The position numbers and the translations under genes are program-made. Positions 1 to 8,592 of a stretch of 45,820 nt of DNA are shown here, in pieces. The DNA lies in IMG/VR virus record IMGVR_UViG_3300033067_002195, positions 1 to 45,820 of that record. One strand, given 5' to 3'. The stretch comes from a virus. Taxonomy: Duplodnaviria > Caudoviricetes. Position 1 is the stretch's first letter; every line of letters starts with the position of its first letter. Below the pieces are notes generated by a model. That model was not told the origin of the DNA. It did no database searches and worked only from the letters and a program-made list of their open reading frames with translations.

Positions 1-40
1 AAAAAAACATTCAACGAACAAACAAAATATAAGTATTTAT

Positions 41-70
41 GATGTCGCACAATATGTCTTGTGCGACATC
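41..70. other. dif-like (Xer/tyrosine recombinase) site candidate
   Basis: Perfect inverted repeat gatgtcgcacaa-tatgtc-ttgtgcgacatc. The 28-bp core (42-69) has 11-6-11 geometry and its left arm resembles the E. coli XerC arm GGTGCGCATAA. Confidence 0.6.
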
Positions 71-512
71 TCTTATTTAAGCCGGTATTACACAATAAAT
101 CCTTACAAAAAACAAACATCTCCTAAACTACACACACTACAACACAAAAACAAAAATCCGTCAAATACAAAAATTCCGGTATAGCACACATTACAAATAT
201 AAAAATATATGTTTTTTTTTATTTAAATTATGACCCCTTTAGAGCAAAATTTTTTTTGGTTCAATAAATCGCTACTTTTCCGCTTAATTATGCGAAGCAA
301 GAAAATAGATTTTATGTTATAATGCTGAAAAATGACGTTTTTTTTACCATTTTCCTTGTATTTTTGTCAAGTTTTGTGTTATAATTTTTAATAGCCACAG
401 CATAGCCATAAATATCCACAGACTATGCCCACTATGCTACAACTATCACGACTTTTTTAAAAGATTTTATGGCTTATTTAAGCCCTTTATTTACTATTAT
501 GCTTTTTACATA

Positions 513-541
513 TTGACAAGTTTTTAGTTATAGTGTATTAT
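513..541 (+). promoter_or_regulatory. sigma70-type early promoter
   Basis: TTGACA (513-518), 17 bp spacer, TATTAT (536-541), upstream of ATG 569. Confidence 0.75.
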
Positions 542-568
542 TATTATATATCATTAAAAATCAAATCC

Positions 569-712
569 ATGAAAAAAATAAAAATTATTGGTTCGGTTTG
601 CAAAAACCCTAACCACAAACACATATTTGCACAGCACAATAGAATAGTAGTCAATCACTATACTAAAGGAACTAAAATAATTAGAGTTACAACTTGTAAT
701 AAAAATATTTAA
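569..712 (+). CDS. small basic hypothetical protein (47 aa)
   Basis: Hand-translated MKKIKIIGSVCKNPNHKH...; first ORF after the promoter. Confidence 0.5.
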   Translation: MKKIKIIGSVCKNPNHKHIFAQHNRIVVNHYTKGTKIIRVTTCNKNI

Positions 713-747
713 ATATATAAATATATAAATATATAAATATTTAAATT
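703..747. repeat. AT-only tandem 8-mer repeat
   Basis: aaatattt/aaatatat x5 plus a partial copy. Confidence 0.8.
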
Positions 748-756
748 CATCTATAT

Positions 757-879
757 ATGAAAATCAAAAAAAATAAATTTATTTCTTCGCTCCTTAAAGC
801 TAAAGAAATAAAGACACCTCTAAAACCATTTTTAAAAAAACTAACAGTCAAACAGTTTTTAATTCTTACATCTAAATAA
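757..879 (+). CDS. small basic hypothetical protein (40 aa)
   Basis: Hand-translated MKIKKNKFISSLLKAKEIK...; co-oriented with the early operon. Confidence 0.45.
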   Translation: MKIKKNKFISSLLKAKEIKTPLKPFLKKLTVKQFLILTSK

Positions 880-930
880 TGTCTTAATTCTTGCGGTGAA
901 TAACTGTTCACCGCTTGAACTAGCACATTA
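877..930 (+). other. long interrupted hairpin in early transcript
   Basis: taatgt..ttc..gcggtgaa-loop-ttcaccgc..gaa..acatta. Confidence 0.65.
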
Positions 931-1018
931 AAAACTAAATACCAATTACAGCCTATAACTTGGCTTTTAACTTGCGGGCTACAATTAACCCAAAAAGCTA
1001 AAGGGCAAGGAATAAAAT

Positions 1019-1198
1019 ATGAACAAACCAATCGTTAATAAAACTTTACTTAAAAAGTTAGGCTATGAAGATTATAGAGAATTTATAGTTGAGTTTGGCA
1101 ATTGGGCTTATGGTGAAAACTTTACTTACAGAGAAAAAGTTTATACTACTAGCTTTGAACGACTACTACAACATTTTATTAATTGGAAAACAGAATAA
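1019..1198 (+). CDS. hypothetical early protein (59 aa)
   Basis: Hand-translated MNKPIVNKTLLKKLGYEDYREF...; preceded by GGCAAGGA at 1004-1011. Confidence 0.7.
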   Translation: MNKPIVNKTLLKKLGYEDYREFIVEFGNWAYGENFTYREKVYTTSFERLLQHFINWKTE

Positions 1199-1202
1199 AT
1201 AT

Positions 1203-1379
1203 ATGCCAAAAAATGATTTATTTAGAGGGGATTTAACTGATGAAGATTTAGGAATTATTGAAGACGCTTTACAGCTTGAAAGAGAAATACGGATTTATGG
1301 AGACGGTAGAGAACAATATCAAGCTAAAGTAGATAAAATAATTAAAAAACTTTATTCTGTTTTTTACGAAGTTGCATAA
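1203..1379 (+). CDS. hypothetical early protein
   Basis: 3' part of ORF 1089..1379; likely start MPKNDLF immediately after the upstream stop. Confidence 0.7.
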   Translation: MPKNDLFRGDLTDEDLGIIEDALQLEREIRIYGDGREQYQAKVDKIIKKLYSVFYEVA

Positions 1380-1473
1380 TCTTTGCCCGCAAGTTTTAGG
1401 CTGTAATCACCAAAAGCTAGACGAAAGCTAAACGGCTTAATATTAATTATTCGTTTAGAGGCAAGGATTGTTT

Positions 1474-1704
1474 ATGAAATGTTTATATTGTAATAATTCT
1501 GCGGGTAAAAATCCCCACTTTCAGTCGGGCTGTTGCAAGCGTGGAATGTGCGAAGTTTGTTATAACGGCGATGTAGGCACAATGGAGCAGTTGCAAATTG
1601 ATTATGTTGATGATGAAACTTACAAAGATTTTAGTAAACAAATAGATGAAGCAGAAAAAAATGGGTTTGCTTACTTATGTTTTGACCATATGGTTAAGAA
1701 TTAA
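1474..1704 (+). CDS. Cys-rich (Zn-binding) hypothetical early protein
   Basis: CxxC, CC, CxxC, CxxH motifs; GGCAAGGA at 1460-1467 before ATG 1474. Confidence 0.75.
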   Translation: MKCLYCNNSAGKNPHFQSGCCKRGMCEVCYNGDVGTMEQLQIDYVDDETYKDFSKQIDEAEKNGFAYLCFDHMVKN

Positions 1705-1814
1705 CCCCTTGCCGTTTAGCTTTTGGTGATATTGGTAGTTAGTTTATAACCTAAATAGGTTATAAATTTTGCTCTTTAAAAATTAAATAGGTAGAGTGGC
1801 AAGGAGAAAAATAT

Positions 1815-2225
1815 ATGGAAAAAATTGTAATTTTAGATTTTAATTTAGGCAAGGTTTATATTCGCCCAGTGCCTACTAAAATGCTTGAACTTGACGCAAA
1901 TGAAATTGTGTCAAAAATGGGAAAGAAACTTGGAATAAAGGAAACTAGTTGCTACTACATGGTGGTAAATGATAATGGTGATTTTCTTGATGAGGGCAAA
2001 GAAACTGCCAACAAGCAAATAGATAATCTTATTCTTGGTGCTTGTAAAGATTGTAAACGATACAACTTAGTTAGTCTTAAAAATAATGGTTTTGATTCTA
2101 AGAACAAAGACCCGTATTATATAGCTGATTTTATAGGTAACTTAGATTATAGTAACGAAGAAAATCTAGCTTGGTATAACGGCTATATCCGTGGCTTAGA
2201 AGAAGCTAAAAGCTTAATTAAATAA
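1815..2225 (+). CDS. hypothetical early protein (136 aa)
   Basis: ORF track; GGCAAGGAG at 1798-1806. Confidence 0.8.
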   Translation: MEKIVILDFNLGKVYIRPVPTKMLELDANEIVSKMGKKLGIKETSCYYMVVNDNGDFLDEGKETANKQIDNLILGACKDCKRYNLVSLKNNGFDSKNKDPYYIADFIGNLDYSNEENLAWYNGYIRGLEEAKSLIK

Positions 2226-2411
2226 CACTCTCTCTACCTATTTAGTTTTTAGGGTGCAATAAAAGCATACCTAACTTAGATGGAAAGGGCATATAGCTTT
2301 TTCTGTTATAGGAAGCAGTTTAGTGAGCCGTTGCAACGCAACTTGGTATCGGCTTAATGTACAAGTGTAGTACACGGCTAAACTCTTTGCCAAAATAAAA
2401 TTAACGCCCTT

Positions 2412-2690
2412 ATGGGCAGAAAAATAAAAACCATGTTCGCAAAAATCAAAGACGGTTACAATAACCTGCGCCGTCATAAAATAATGGTTATGATAATCTT
2501 AGTACTTGGCTATGCCTGTTGGTATATGTTCACTCAAAATTATACCTTTCAGATGCCGGTAGTATCTAAGCAATTTGGTAAAAGTTATACGTCTGTTAGT
2601 AATGATTTAGTACAGTGTAATAATGATTTAGACTTTGCAAATTCAAAGTTAAAGGAGTTCAATGACAAAGCGCGTGAAGAAATTAAATAA
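2412..2690 (+). CDS. single-pass membrane protein with C-terminal coiled coil
   Basis: Hydrophobic IMVMIILVLGYACWYMF; start may be ATG 2433. Confidence 0.7.
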   Translation: MGRKIKTMFAKIKDGYNNLRRHKIMVMIILVLGYACWYMFTQNYTFQMPVVSKQFGKSYTSVSNDLVQCNNDLDFANSKLKEFNDKAREEIK

Positions 2691-4257
2691 TGAACTTGTT
2701 GGGATATTTTTTGACTATTCCCCTACCTTGGTGGCCTTGGTCAAAAGTCTACCTGGACGAGCATATGAGCCACGTTTAAAAGCGTGGCTCTTGCCCGTTG
2801 ATGGCTTGCTAAACGATAACCTAAAACGATTATCCCAGGCTGGTTTTGATGTCTCCGAAGTTGTAGGTCTTAGTACTCGTACCGAGCCAAAAACACAACC
2901 TATAAACGATTTAAATGCGTTAGTTTTGCCCAGTAACGCCACTTTAAGGCCTTTTCAGGTGCAGGGTGTAAAAAGTTTGCTTGAGGGCAATTTGCTACTT
3001 GGTGATGAGCCTGGACTAGGGAAAACTATTCAGGCTTTGACGGCTGTTCATTCAAGGAAGCTAAACAGGGTTTTGGTTTTAACTTTTGCAAGTTTAAAAT
3101 TTCAGTTTAGAGATGAGATTAAAAAATTTTTCCCCTCTTCCTCTGTTGTGGTCGTTGACGGCAATAAAAAAGAACGTACCTTGTCTTGGAAGAAAACAGC
3201 AAATTTTTATGTTGCTAATTATGAATTACTGCTTAGAGATTTAGAGCTAATGACAGAAAAAAAATGGGATGCCATTTTAGCTGATGAATGTACTAGGCTG
3301 TCTAATCCAAGAAATAAGCAGTTTAAGTGCTTGAAATTTTTGCGCTCTGATTTTAGAGTTGCCATGACGGGAACGGCTATTTCAAATTCTCCTTTAGATG
3401 TTTTTGGTATTTTTGACTGGTTAAGACCAGGTGTCTTGGGTACATATTATTCTTTTTTAGATAGGTATGTTGTTAAAAATATGTGGGGTGGTAATAAATA
3501 TTTTAAAAATCTTGAAGAGTTGGTTTTAAGAATTAAGCCGTTTTACATAAGGAGGACAAAAAAGCAGGTCTTGTTGGAATTACCTGACAAGATAAAAATT
3601 GATTTACCTGTTTTATTTTCTCCTGAAGAAGATAAACTTTATAGTCAGATAAAAGAGCAGATGTTATTGGAAATAGAAAAAAAGGATATTAGTAAAATCT
3701 TAAACCCTGTTATGCTACAAAGCAGTGTTGTTAATTTAATTAGGCTTAGACAGTTAGCAGATAGTATGGAGTTATTAGGCGAAAAAACTCAAAGTAGCAA
3801 GCTGAATGCCTTAAAAGACTTATTATCCACATTAGGCGAAAGGAAGAGGATTATTTTTTCTGAGTTCGCGCATATGTGCAAAATATTAAATAGGGAGTTG
3901 CCTGGCAGTCTTATGATTATTGGTGAAGTCAAATCGCAAGAGAGAGATGAGATTGTTAAAAAGTTTAATAGTGATTCTACTTGTCAGACATTAATAATGA
4001 GTAGTGCCGGCGCTTATGGTCTTAATTTGCAGGCGGCCGATGTTATAGTGCATTACGATTTACCTTTTTCTATTGCCAAGTATGAACAGCGATCGGCTAG
4101 AGCACACCGCATGGGGCAGAAAAATGTAGTTTATGAGTACTCCCTGGTTGTGGAAAATTCTGTTGATAAGTGGATAAAAAAGAAGCTTGAGAATAAACAG
4201 GATTTATCAGAAATGTTAATTACACTAACAGATGTTAAGGAAATATTGACTGTATGA
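2662..4257 (+). CDS. SNF2-family (SF2) helicase/translocase with HARP-like N-terminus
   Basis: DEPGLGKT, ADEC, AMTGT, GLNLQAAD, EQRSARAHRMGQ motifs; N-terminal VKSLPGRAYEPRLKAW. Confidence 0.92.
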   Translation: MTKRVKKLNNELVGIFFDYSPTLVALVKSLPGRAYEPRLKAWLLPVDGLLNDNLKRLSQAGFDVSEVVGLSTRTEPKTQPINDLNALVLPSNATLRPFQVQGVKSLLEGNLLLGDEPGLGKTIQALTAVHSRKLNRVLVLTFASLKFQFRDEIKKFFPSSSVVVVDGNKKERTLSWKKTANFYVANYELLLRDLELMTEKKWDAILADECTRLSNPRNKQFKCLKFLRSDFRVAMTGTAISNSPLDVFGIFDWLRPGVLGTYYSFLDRYVVKNMWGGNKYFKNLEELVLRIKPFYIRRTKKQVLLELPDKIKIDLPVLFSPEEDKLYSQIKEQMLLEIEKKDISKILNPVMLQSSVVNLIRLRQLADSMELLGEKTQSSKLNALKDLLSTLGERKRIIFSEFAHMCKILNRELPGSLMIIGEVKSQERDEIVKKFNSDSTCQTLIMSSAGAYGLNLQAADVIVHYDLPFSIAKYEQRSARAHRMGQKNVVYEYSLVVENSVDKWIKKKLENKQDLSEMLITLTDVKEILTV

Positions 4258-4318
4258 AGTATTATGTATATACTTAAAAAGATGTAGGCTAATTTAATAA
4301 AATATTAATTATATATTT

Positions 4319-4468
4319 ATGATTATAAAAAAATGGTTAGAACAGAATCACCCTGATATACTCAAGGAGTTTAATCTTTTTAAGTCTGAACTTGAAAAGA
4401 AGATACAGAGAGAAAGAGCTAGGGAGTTGTATAGGTTGGCTAGGGAAGCTAAAAAACAGGGCATGTAG
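4319..4468 (+). CDS. small helical hypothetical protein (49 aa)
   Basis: Hand-translated MIIKKWLEQNHPDILKEF...; ends inside the terminator hairpin. Confidence 0.55.
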   Translation: MIIKKWLEQNHPDILKEFNLFKSELEKKIQRERARELYRLAREAKKQGM

Positions 4469-4479
4469 CCCTGTTTTTT
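4451..4479. terminator. bidirectional intrinsic terminator
   Basis: aaaaaacagggc-atgta-gccctgtttttt between convergent operons. Confidence 0.85.
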
Positions 4480-4526
4480 GTTTATCTGGTTTATTATTTT
4501 TATTCGGTTTAATCTCTTTATTCGTT

Positions 4527-5510
4527 TTATTCGTACCACATTTCCACCCAAGGAGGAATAACGCCATTGTGTAGTTTTAAGTATGTTTTTTTACGCACAG
4601 ATAAGGTTACTCCTAAATAGTCGTACTTGCCTTTTACTAAGCAGTGGTATATATCGGCTTCTGTGTATTGCATTTCTGAGATGTTGGTAAATTTAACAGC
4701 CTGTACAAAAGCGTGTTTAATCTTTGGTATTAAAAGAGCGTACTTAAGGATTTTATGTATTGTTCCTATTTTTGTATAAACTCCTAGTGTCCATTTTTTT
4801 TGTTGTGTTTCTGGTAATGTTTCTCCTCTTTCTGCTAATTCTTGAATATAGCTCGATTGTTCTCTTTTTTTATAAGTTTCAAACATATAGCATACAGTTT
4901 GAGATGGGGTTTTTATTAGTTTCTCTTTGTCTATTAAACTAAACATATCCATAACTCTATACCTATAAGCATCGTCGTAGATTAAAAATATCGCAAAAAA
5001 GATAGAAATGTAATAATAAACATTTTTAGAAAATCCTAAGTTTTTTAAAAATAAATATATTATTTTTCTGGTATTACGAGCTATTGGAGAGTAAAATACT
5101 TTGTGAGGATAATGGTCAGAGAGTAGAAGGTCTAGTGCTTCTACATAATTTTCTAAAACAGTGTTTAGTATTTTAATTTTTCGTTTCCAGGGTGTTATTA
5201 AAAAACTGATTAAAATAAAAATGCTATCCTTATTTACTATTCCCATAAGTAGGGATAGGGTTATTTTTTTAGCTATGGTTATTGCCATCCCCGCGTTCGG
5301 CTCTCTCATTCCTTTTTCCGGATAAAGGTTACCAACGTAATGCAACAACCAGCCGTCTTTTTTACTTCCGCCTAAAAATTTAAAAATAGGAGAGATTACC
5401 CTATCTCTTTTAAGTGATTTTTCTGCCACACTTGATGCTTGATTGACAAACATGTTTTTATTTGGAGAAAAATATGAAGACCCTGTTCCTGTTACTGTTT
5501 CTTGTGTCAT
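4527..5510 (-). CDS. hypothetical protein (327 aa)
   Basis: Long ORF with ATGA coupling to the upstream ATPase; no motif recognised. Confidence 0.8.
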   Translation of the reverse strand: MTQETVTGTGSSYFSPNKNMFVNQASSVAEKSLKRDRVISPIFKFLGGSKKDGWLLHYVGNLYPEKGMREPNAGMAITIAKKITLSLLMGIVNKDSIFILISFLITPWKRKIKILNTVLENYVEALDLLLSDHYPHKVFYSPIARNTRKIIYLFLKNLGFSKNVYYYISIFFAIFLIYDDAYRYRVMDMFSLIDKEKLIKTPSQTVCYMFETYKKREQSSYIQELAERGETLPETQQKKWTLGVYTKIGTIHKILKYALLIPKIKHAFVQAVKFTNISEMQYTEADIYHCLVKGKYDYLGVTLSVRKKTYLKLHNGVIPPWVEMWYE

Positions 5511-6745
5511 AGTAAAAATGTTTCTTCTTCTGGGATAGTCTGGTCTATTTGCCCAGTTGTTAGTTTATCGGTTACCAAGCTACTCATATCCATGTATTCG
5601 AACTTAGTAATGATCTCCTGCCATTTTGGTAGAAGTTCCCAAGTATCACTTTTAATCCCAGTGGTAAAAGTGGCCATTTTATGTGCTTGTAAATCCCCTA
5701 TGGCTATCTTAACTGAAGTGTTATCTAATCCTATCGCTTTACCTAAATTTTTAGTTGTACCTGATCCTCCCATTCTAGTAAGGGTAGTTAGAACCTGTCT
5801 TCGATTATAAGGAATAGTATCTAGCGCCATGTTAAAAAGAGTTTTTTTGTCTTGAGGAAGAAGAGTGCTGTTTCCATAGTCGTGCTTATTTAAAACCATG
5901 AATCCATAGGCCATTGCCATTAGTTCTTTCTGAAACCTGGCTATTTGTTCTTCAAAATGAGTGGCGATTATGGGGTGGTCTTTATCAAACACCTCTCTTT
6001 CTACACTGCTTCTGGCTGTGGTGGTTAATTCGGCTAAGTCAAGAATATCTTCTTGTGTTTGTTCGTCAAAGTCTGGTAAGTCTGCCGGTTTTTCTGGAAT
6101 AATGATTCCGCTATCGTCTAAATAAGCTTTAAAAGCTGCTCTCATAACATCTTTTGCTTCAAAATCATTTAAACCGTCTTTAAAAATTCTTTTTCCCAAC
6201 TCTCTTTTTGGTGGTTGTTTAAAAATATAAGCCAATGTTCTTTCACCCATATCCGCAAATTCTGACATTTTTGTATAAAAGCTAGAAGTTGATCCTCCTA
6301 ACACCCCAATTTTCCCTTCCCAGTGCTGTGTTTCTGAAATATTGCCTGTCTTTTTGTCTAGCTCTCCATCGTAAATTTTTCGAAGCAGACCAATAATAGC
6401 TCCTCTTGCTTCTTTTTGTTTGCTTAGTATGGTTGTAAAATCTTTAAATACAAGAAAACTATTTTTTGGTATTTCAAACAATAGACTCATTTCTTGCCCT
6501 CCAGATCTTGCACCGGAAATGAAAGAGGCACTTGATACGTCGTCTAAAGATTTAAAACCCCTAACTTTTGCTAGGGAATTAAGTAACATGCTTTTTCCTC
6601 CGGAACTTGCTCCTAATAGAAAAAGCCAAGGAGGTGGGATAGGCAATCTGATACTTACCACATATGCGCATAATAACTTTACCACACCATCATCGGCTAG
6701 CAACATATACTTACTTATTATTTTATTTAGTTCTGTAAAAAGCAC
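5507..6745 (-). CDS. AAA+/P-loop ATPase, putative replicative helicase with C-terminal winged helix
   Basis: Walker A GASSGGKS, Walker B LVFKD, LRKIYDG motif, HTH-like TTKNLGKAIGLDNTSVKIAIGDL. Confidence 0.7.
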   Translation of the reverse strand: MLFTELNKIISKYMLLADDGVVKLLCAYVVSIRLPIPPPWLFLLGASSGGKSMLLNSLAKVRGFKSLDDVSSASFISGARSGGQEMSLLFEIPKNSFLVFKDFTTILSKQKEARGAIIGLLRKIYDGELDKKTGNISETQHWEGKIGVLGGSTSSFYTKMSEFADMGERTLAYIFKQPPKRELGKRIFKDGLNDFEAKDVMRAAFKAYLDDSGIIIPEKPADLPDFDEQTQEDILDLAELTTTARSSVEREVFDKDHPIIATHFEEQIARFQKELMAMAYGFMVLNKHDYGNSTLLPQDKKTLFNMALDTIPYNRRQVLTTLTRMGGSGTTKNLGKAIGLDNTSVKIAIGDLQAHKMATFTTGIKSDTWELLPKWQEIITKFEYMDMSSLVTDKLTTGQIDQTIPEEETFLL

Positions 6746-6857
6746 GATTTTTATTTAACTGAAATTAATTTTAATAAATAAGTTTGATAAATCATTAACC
6801 CTAAAGCTATTGAGAGGCCTATAATCTTTAACCATTGAAATTTTTCATCCCATTTTA

Positions 6858-7100
6858 TCATTTTAAAATCTCCTTAATTTTTTCTATCTGCTCTGGGGTT
6901 AATATAACTTTAGTTGAGCAATATGCATCATCATAATCGCAGTTATCTCCAAATAACTCACTAACTTCAATTCTTTTTTTGCCTGTTAAACTAAAAAACT
7001 CTTGTTCTTCTAGTATACGTTCTTCTTTTATCTCATGTCCTATGCACTTATCGTGGTTAATTTCTGTATTCAAATTACAATTGTCTATTTTACATTTCAT
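6858..7100 (-). CDS. hypothetical protein with Cys-rich N-terminus
   Basis: ORF track; AAGGAG upstream. Confidence 0.65.
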   Translation of the reverse strand: MKCKIDNCNLNTEINHDKCIGHEIKEERILEEQEFFSLTGKKRIEVSELFGDNCDYDDAYCSTKVILTPEQIEKIKEILK

Positions 7101-7236
7101 TTTAAATTCTCCTTACATTTTAAACACCAGTCTAAATGTTTACACCCTTTAATTCCTCCATATTTTTTTACTTTTCTATTTGACCAACGAACAACTAAAA
7201 TTGTTGCCCATACTCCTATAAAAAAAGATAATATTA

Positions 7237-7560
7237 TCATTTTATCCTCAATCTTTCTTTAATTAATTGTAAGTCTTGAATTATTGCTTGTAGTTCTTCA
7301 TTTCTTTTATTACCAAGAGTTTGGTTGTACCTAACTACTCCAATTAAATCTAGTATCTTACCTATTATTGCGGCGATCAGAATTATTAAAGCGTAACCTA
7401 TGGGGATAAACCACCATTTAATATCTATTCCTTTAACAGAAAGATACGTCATTATCGCCAAGGTTTCCGGAATAAAAGAACCTACTTTTCCATACTCTCC
7501 TTTGGCCTGTGCTACATAAAACATCACCTTCTGATATTTAAAAAAAAGTAGTTTAATCAT
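7237..7560 (-). CDS. membrane protein
   Basis: Hydrophobic WWFIPIGYALIILIAAIIG; AAGGAG upstream. Confidence 0.7.
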   Translation of the reverse strand: MIKLLFFKYQKVMFYVAQAKGEYGKVGSFIPETLAIMTYLSVKGIDIKWWFIPIGYALIILIAAIIGKILDLIGVVRYNQTLGNKRNEELQAIIQDLQLIKERLRIK

Positions 7561-7688
7561 TTTCTCCTTCCTTGAAATAATTTTCTCTCAGGATGTTTAA
7601 TAAACCAATCAATACAAATCTTACACAATTTGTATCCTTTGTATTCAATTAGTTCTGCCTCTTCTTTGCAGTAATCGCATTTTTTCAT
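7557..7688 (-). CDS. small Zn-finger protein (43 aa)
   Basis: Hand-translated MKKCDYCKEE...LCKIC; ATGA-coupled. Confidence 0.6.
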   Translation of the reverse strand: MKKCDYCKEEAELIEYKGYKLCKICIDWFIKHPERKLFQGRRK

Positions 7689-8072
7689 TTCTCTCTAGTT
7701 AGGGGTTGGTTAAAAGCTTTACCATACTTAATTTCAACTTCAATCGGAGTTAAAAGTTCTGTCGTTTCTATATACTCAACTTCGGAGTCAAATTCAGGAA
7801 CTTCATAAGGCTGTCCGTCTTTATTTCTCTTAAAGTATTTTATTATTGGCTCCATAGTTATCCTTTCTTTATGGGTTGGTTAAAACTAGCCTTCATAAAA
7901 CTCAATAATCTTTTCGTCTATCTCAATTAACACGCCGTCGGCCTCAATTTCCTTGGCTGATAGTTTCCGAGCGTTCTTAGCTACAATACGTAGGGAGCCT
8001 GTATACTCTCCTCCATTTTCTTCAAATATTGCTGTATATTCCATTTTCTTATCCTTTCGTAGATTTAGGGGG

Positions 8073-8582
8073 TTAAAGCCCTATAAATGTTCTTAAAAGT
8101 ACGGGTTGATAGTTAGTTTTTTCTAACGCCAACAGTTTATGGTAACCATTCAGTATCTTCGTGAACTGTGGCTCAAAGCGTCGGTGGTCTGTGTCGTGAA
8201 AGTGGCCGTGGATGTTGACGTCGTAGTAGCCGTCCCAAGCAGTTGGATAATGCGAAAACATTATATTCTTTCCAAACATCTCGAAACTAAAAGAGGTGCA
8301 AACTAACGGCCAACCGTGGTCTAAATACCAGCTATTACTTTTACAGTCGTGATTGCCTCTTACAAGAACGTGCTTAACATCCTTTAACTGCTCAAAATAT
8401 CGCTTATGCCAGTCTTCGTCCTTACCTATACAGAAGTCACCCAAGTGAATTAACATATCGCCTGCCTCTACTACTTGGAGCTTTTTAAATATCTGTTCTG
8501 TAAAATCCGCAGGTCGGCCATATTGAATAAGCATGTCATGACCAAAGTGTGTATCAGTTGTAAGCCAAATCTTCATACCCAT
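8073..8582 (-). CDS. calcineurin-like metallophosphoesterase
   Basis: DTHFGH, HLGD, GNHD, SHYP, HGHFH motifs. Confidence 0.92.
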   Translation of the reverse strand: MGMKIWLTTDTHFGHDMLIQYGRPADFTEQIFKKLQVVEAGDMLIHLGDFCIGKDEDWHKRYFEQLKDVKHVLVRGNHDCKSNSWYLDHGWPLVCTSFSFEMFGKNIMFSHYPTAWDGYYDVNIHGHFHDTDHRRFEPQFTKILNGYHKLLALEKTNYQPVLLRTFIGL

Positions 8583-8592
8583 TTATTAGAGA

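Noticed and set aside
747-1031. - strand 94-aa ORF
   Set aside because: Antisense to the promoter-driven early operon and spans the hairpin/arm region; no supporting signals.
935-2259. IS/MITE terminal inverted repeats explaining the arms
   Set aside because: No transposase or target-site duplications; arms differ between units, are interrupted by side hairpins and show strand-specific G-U pairs.
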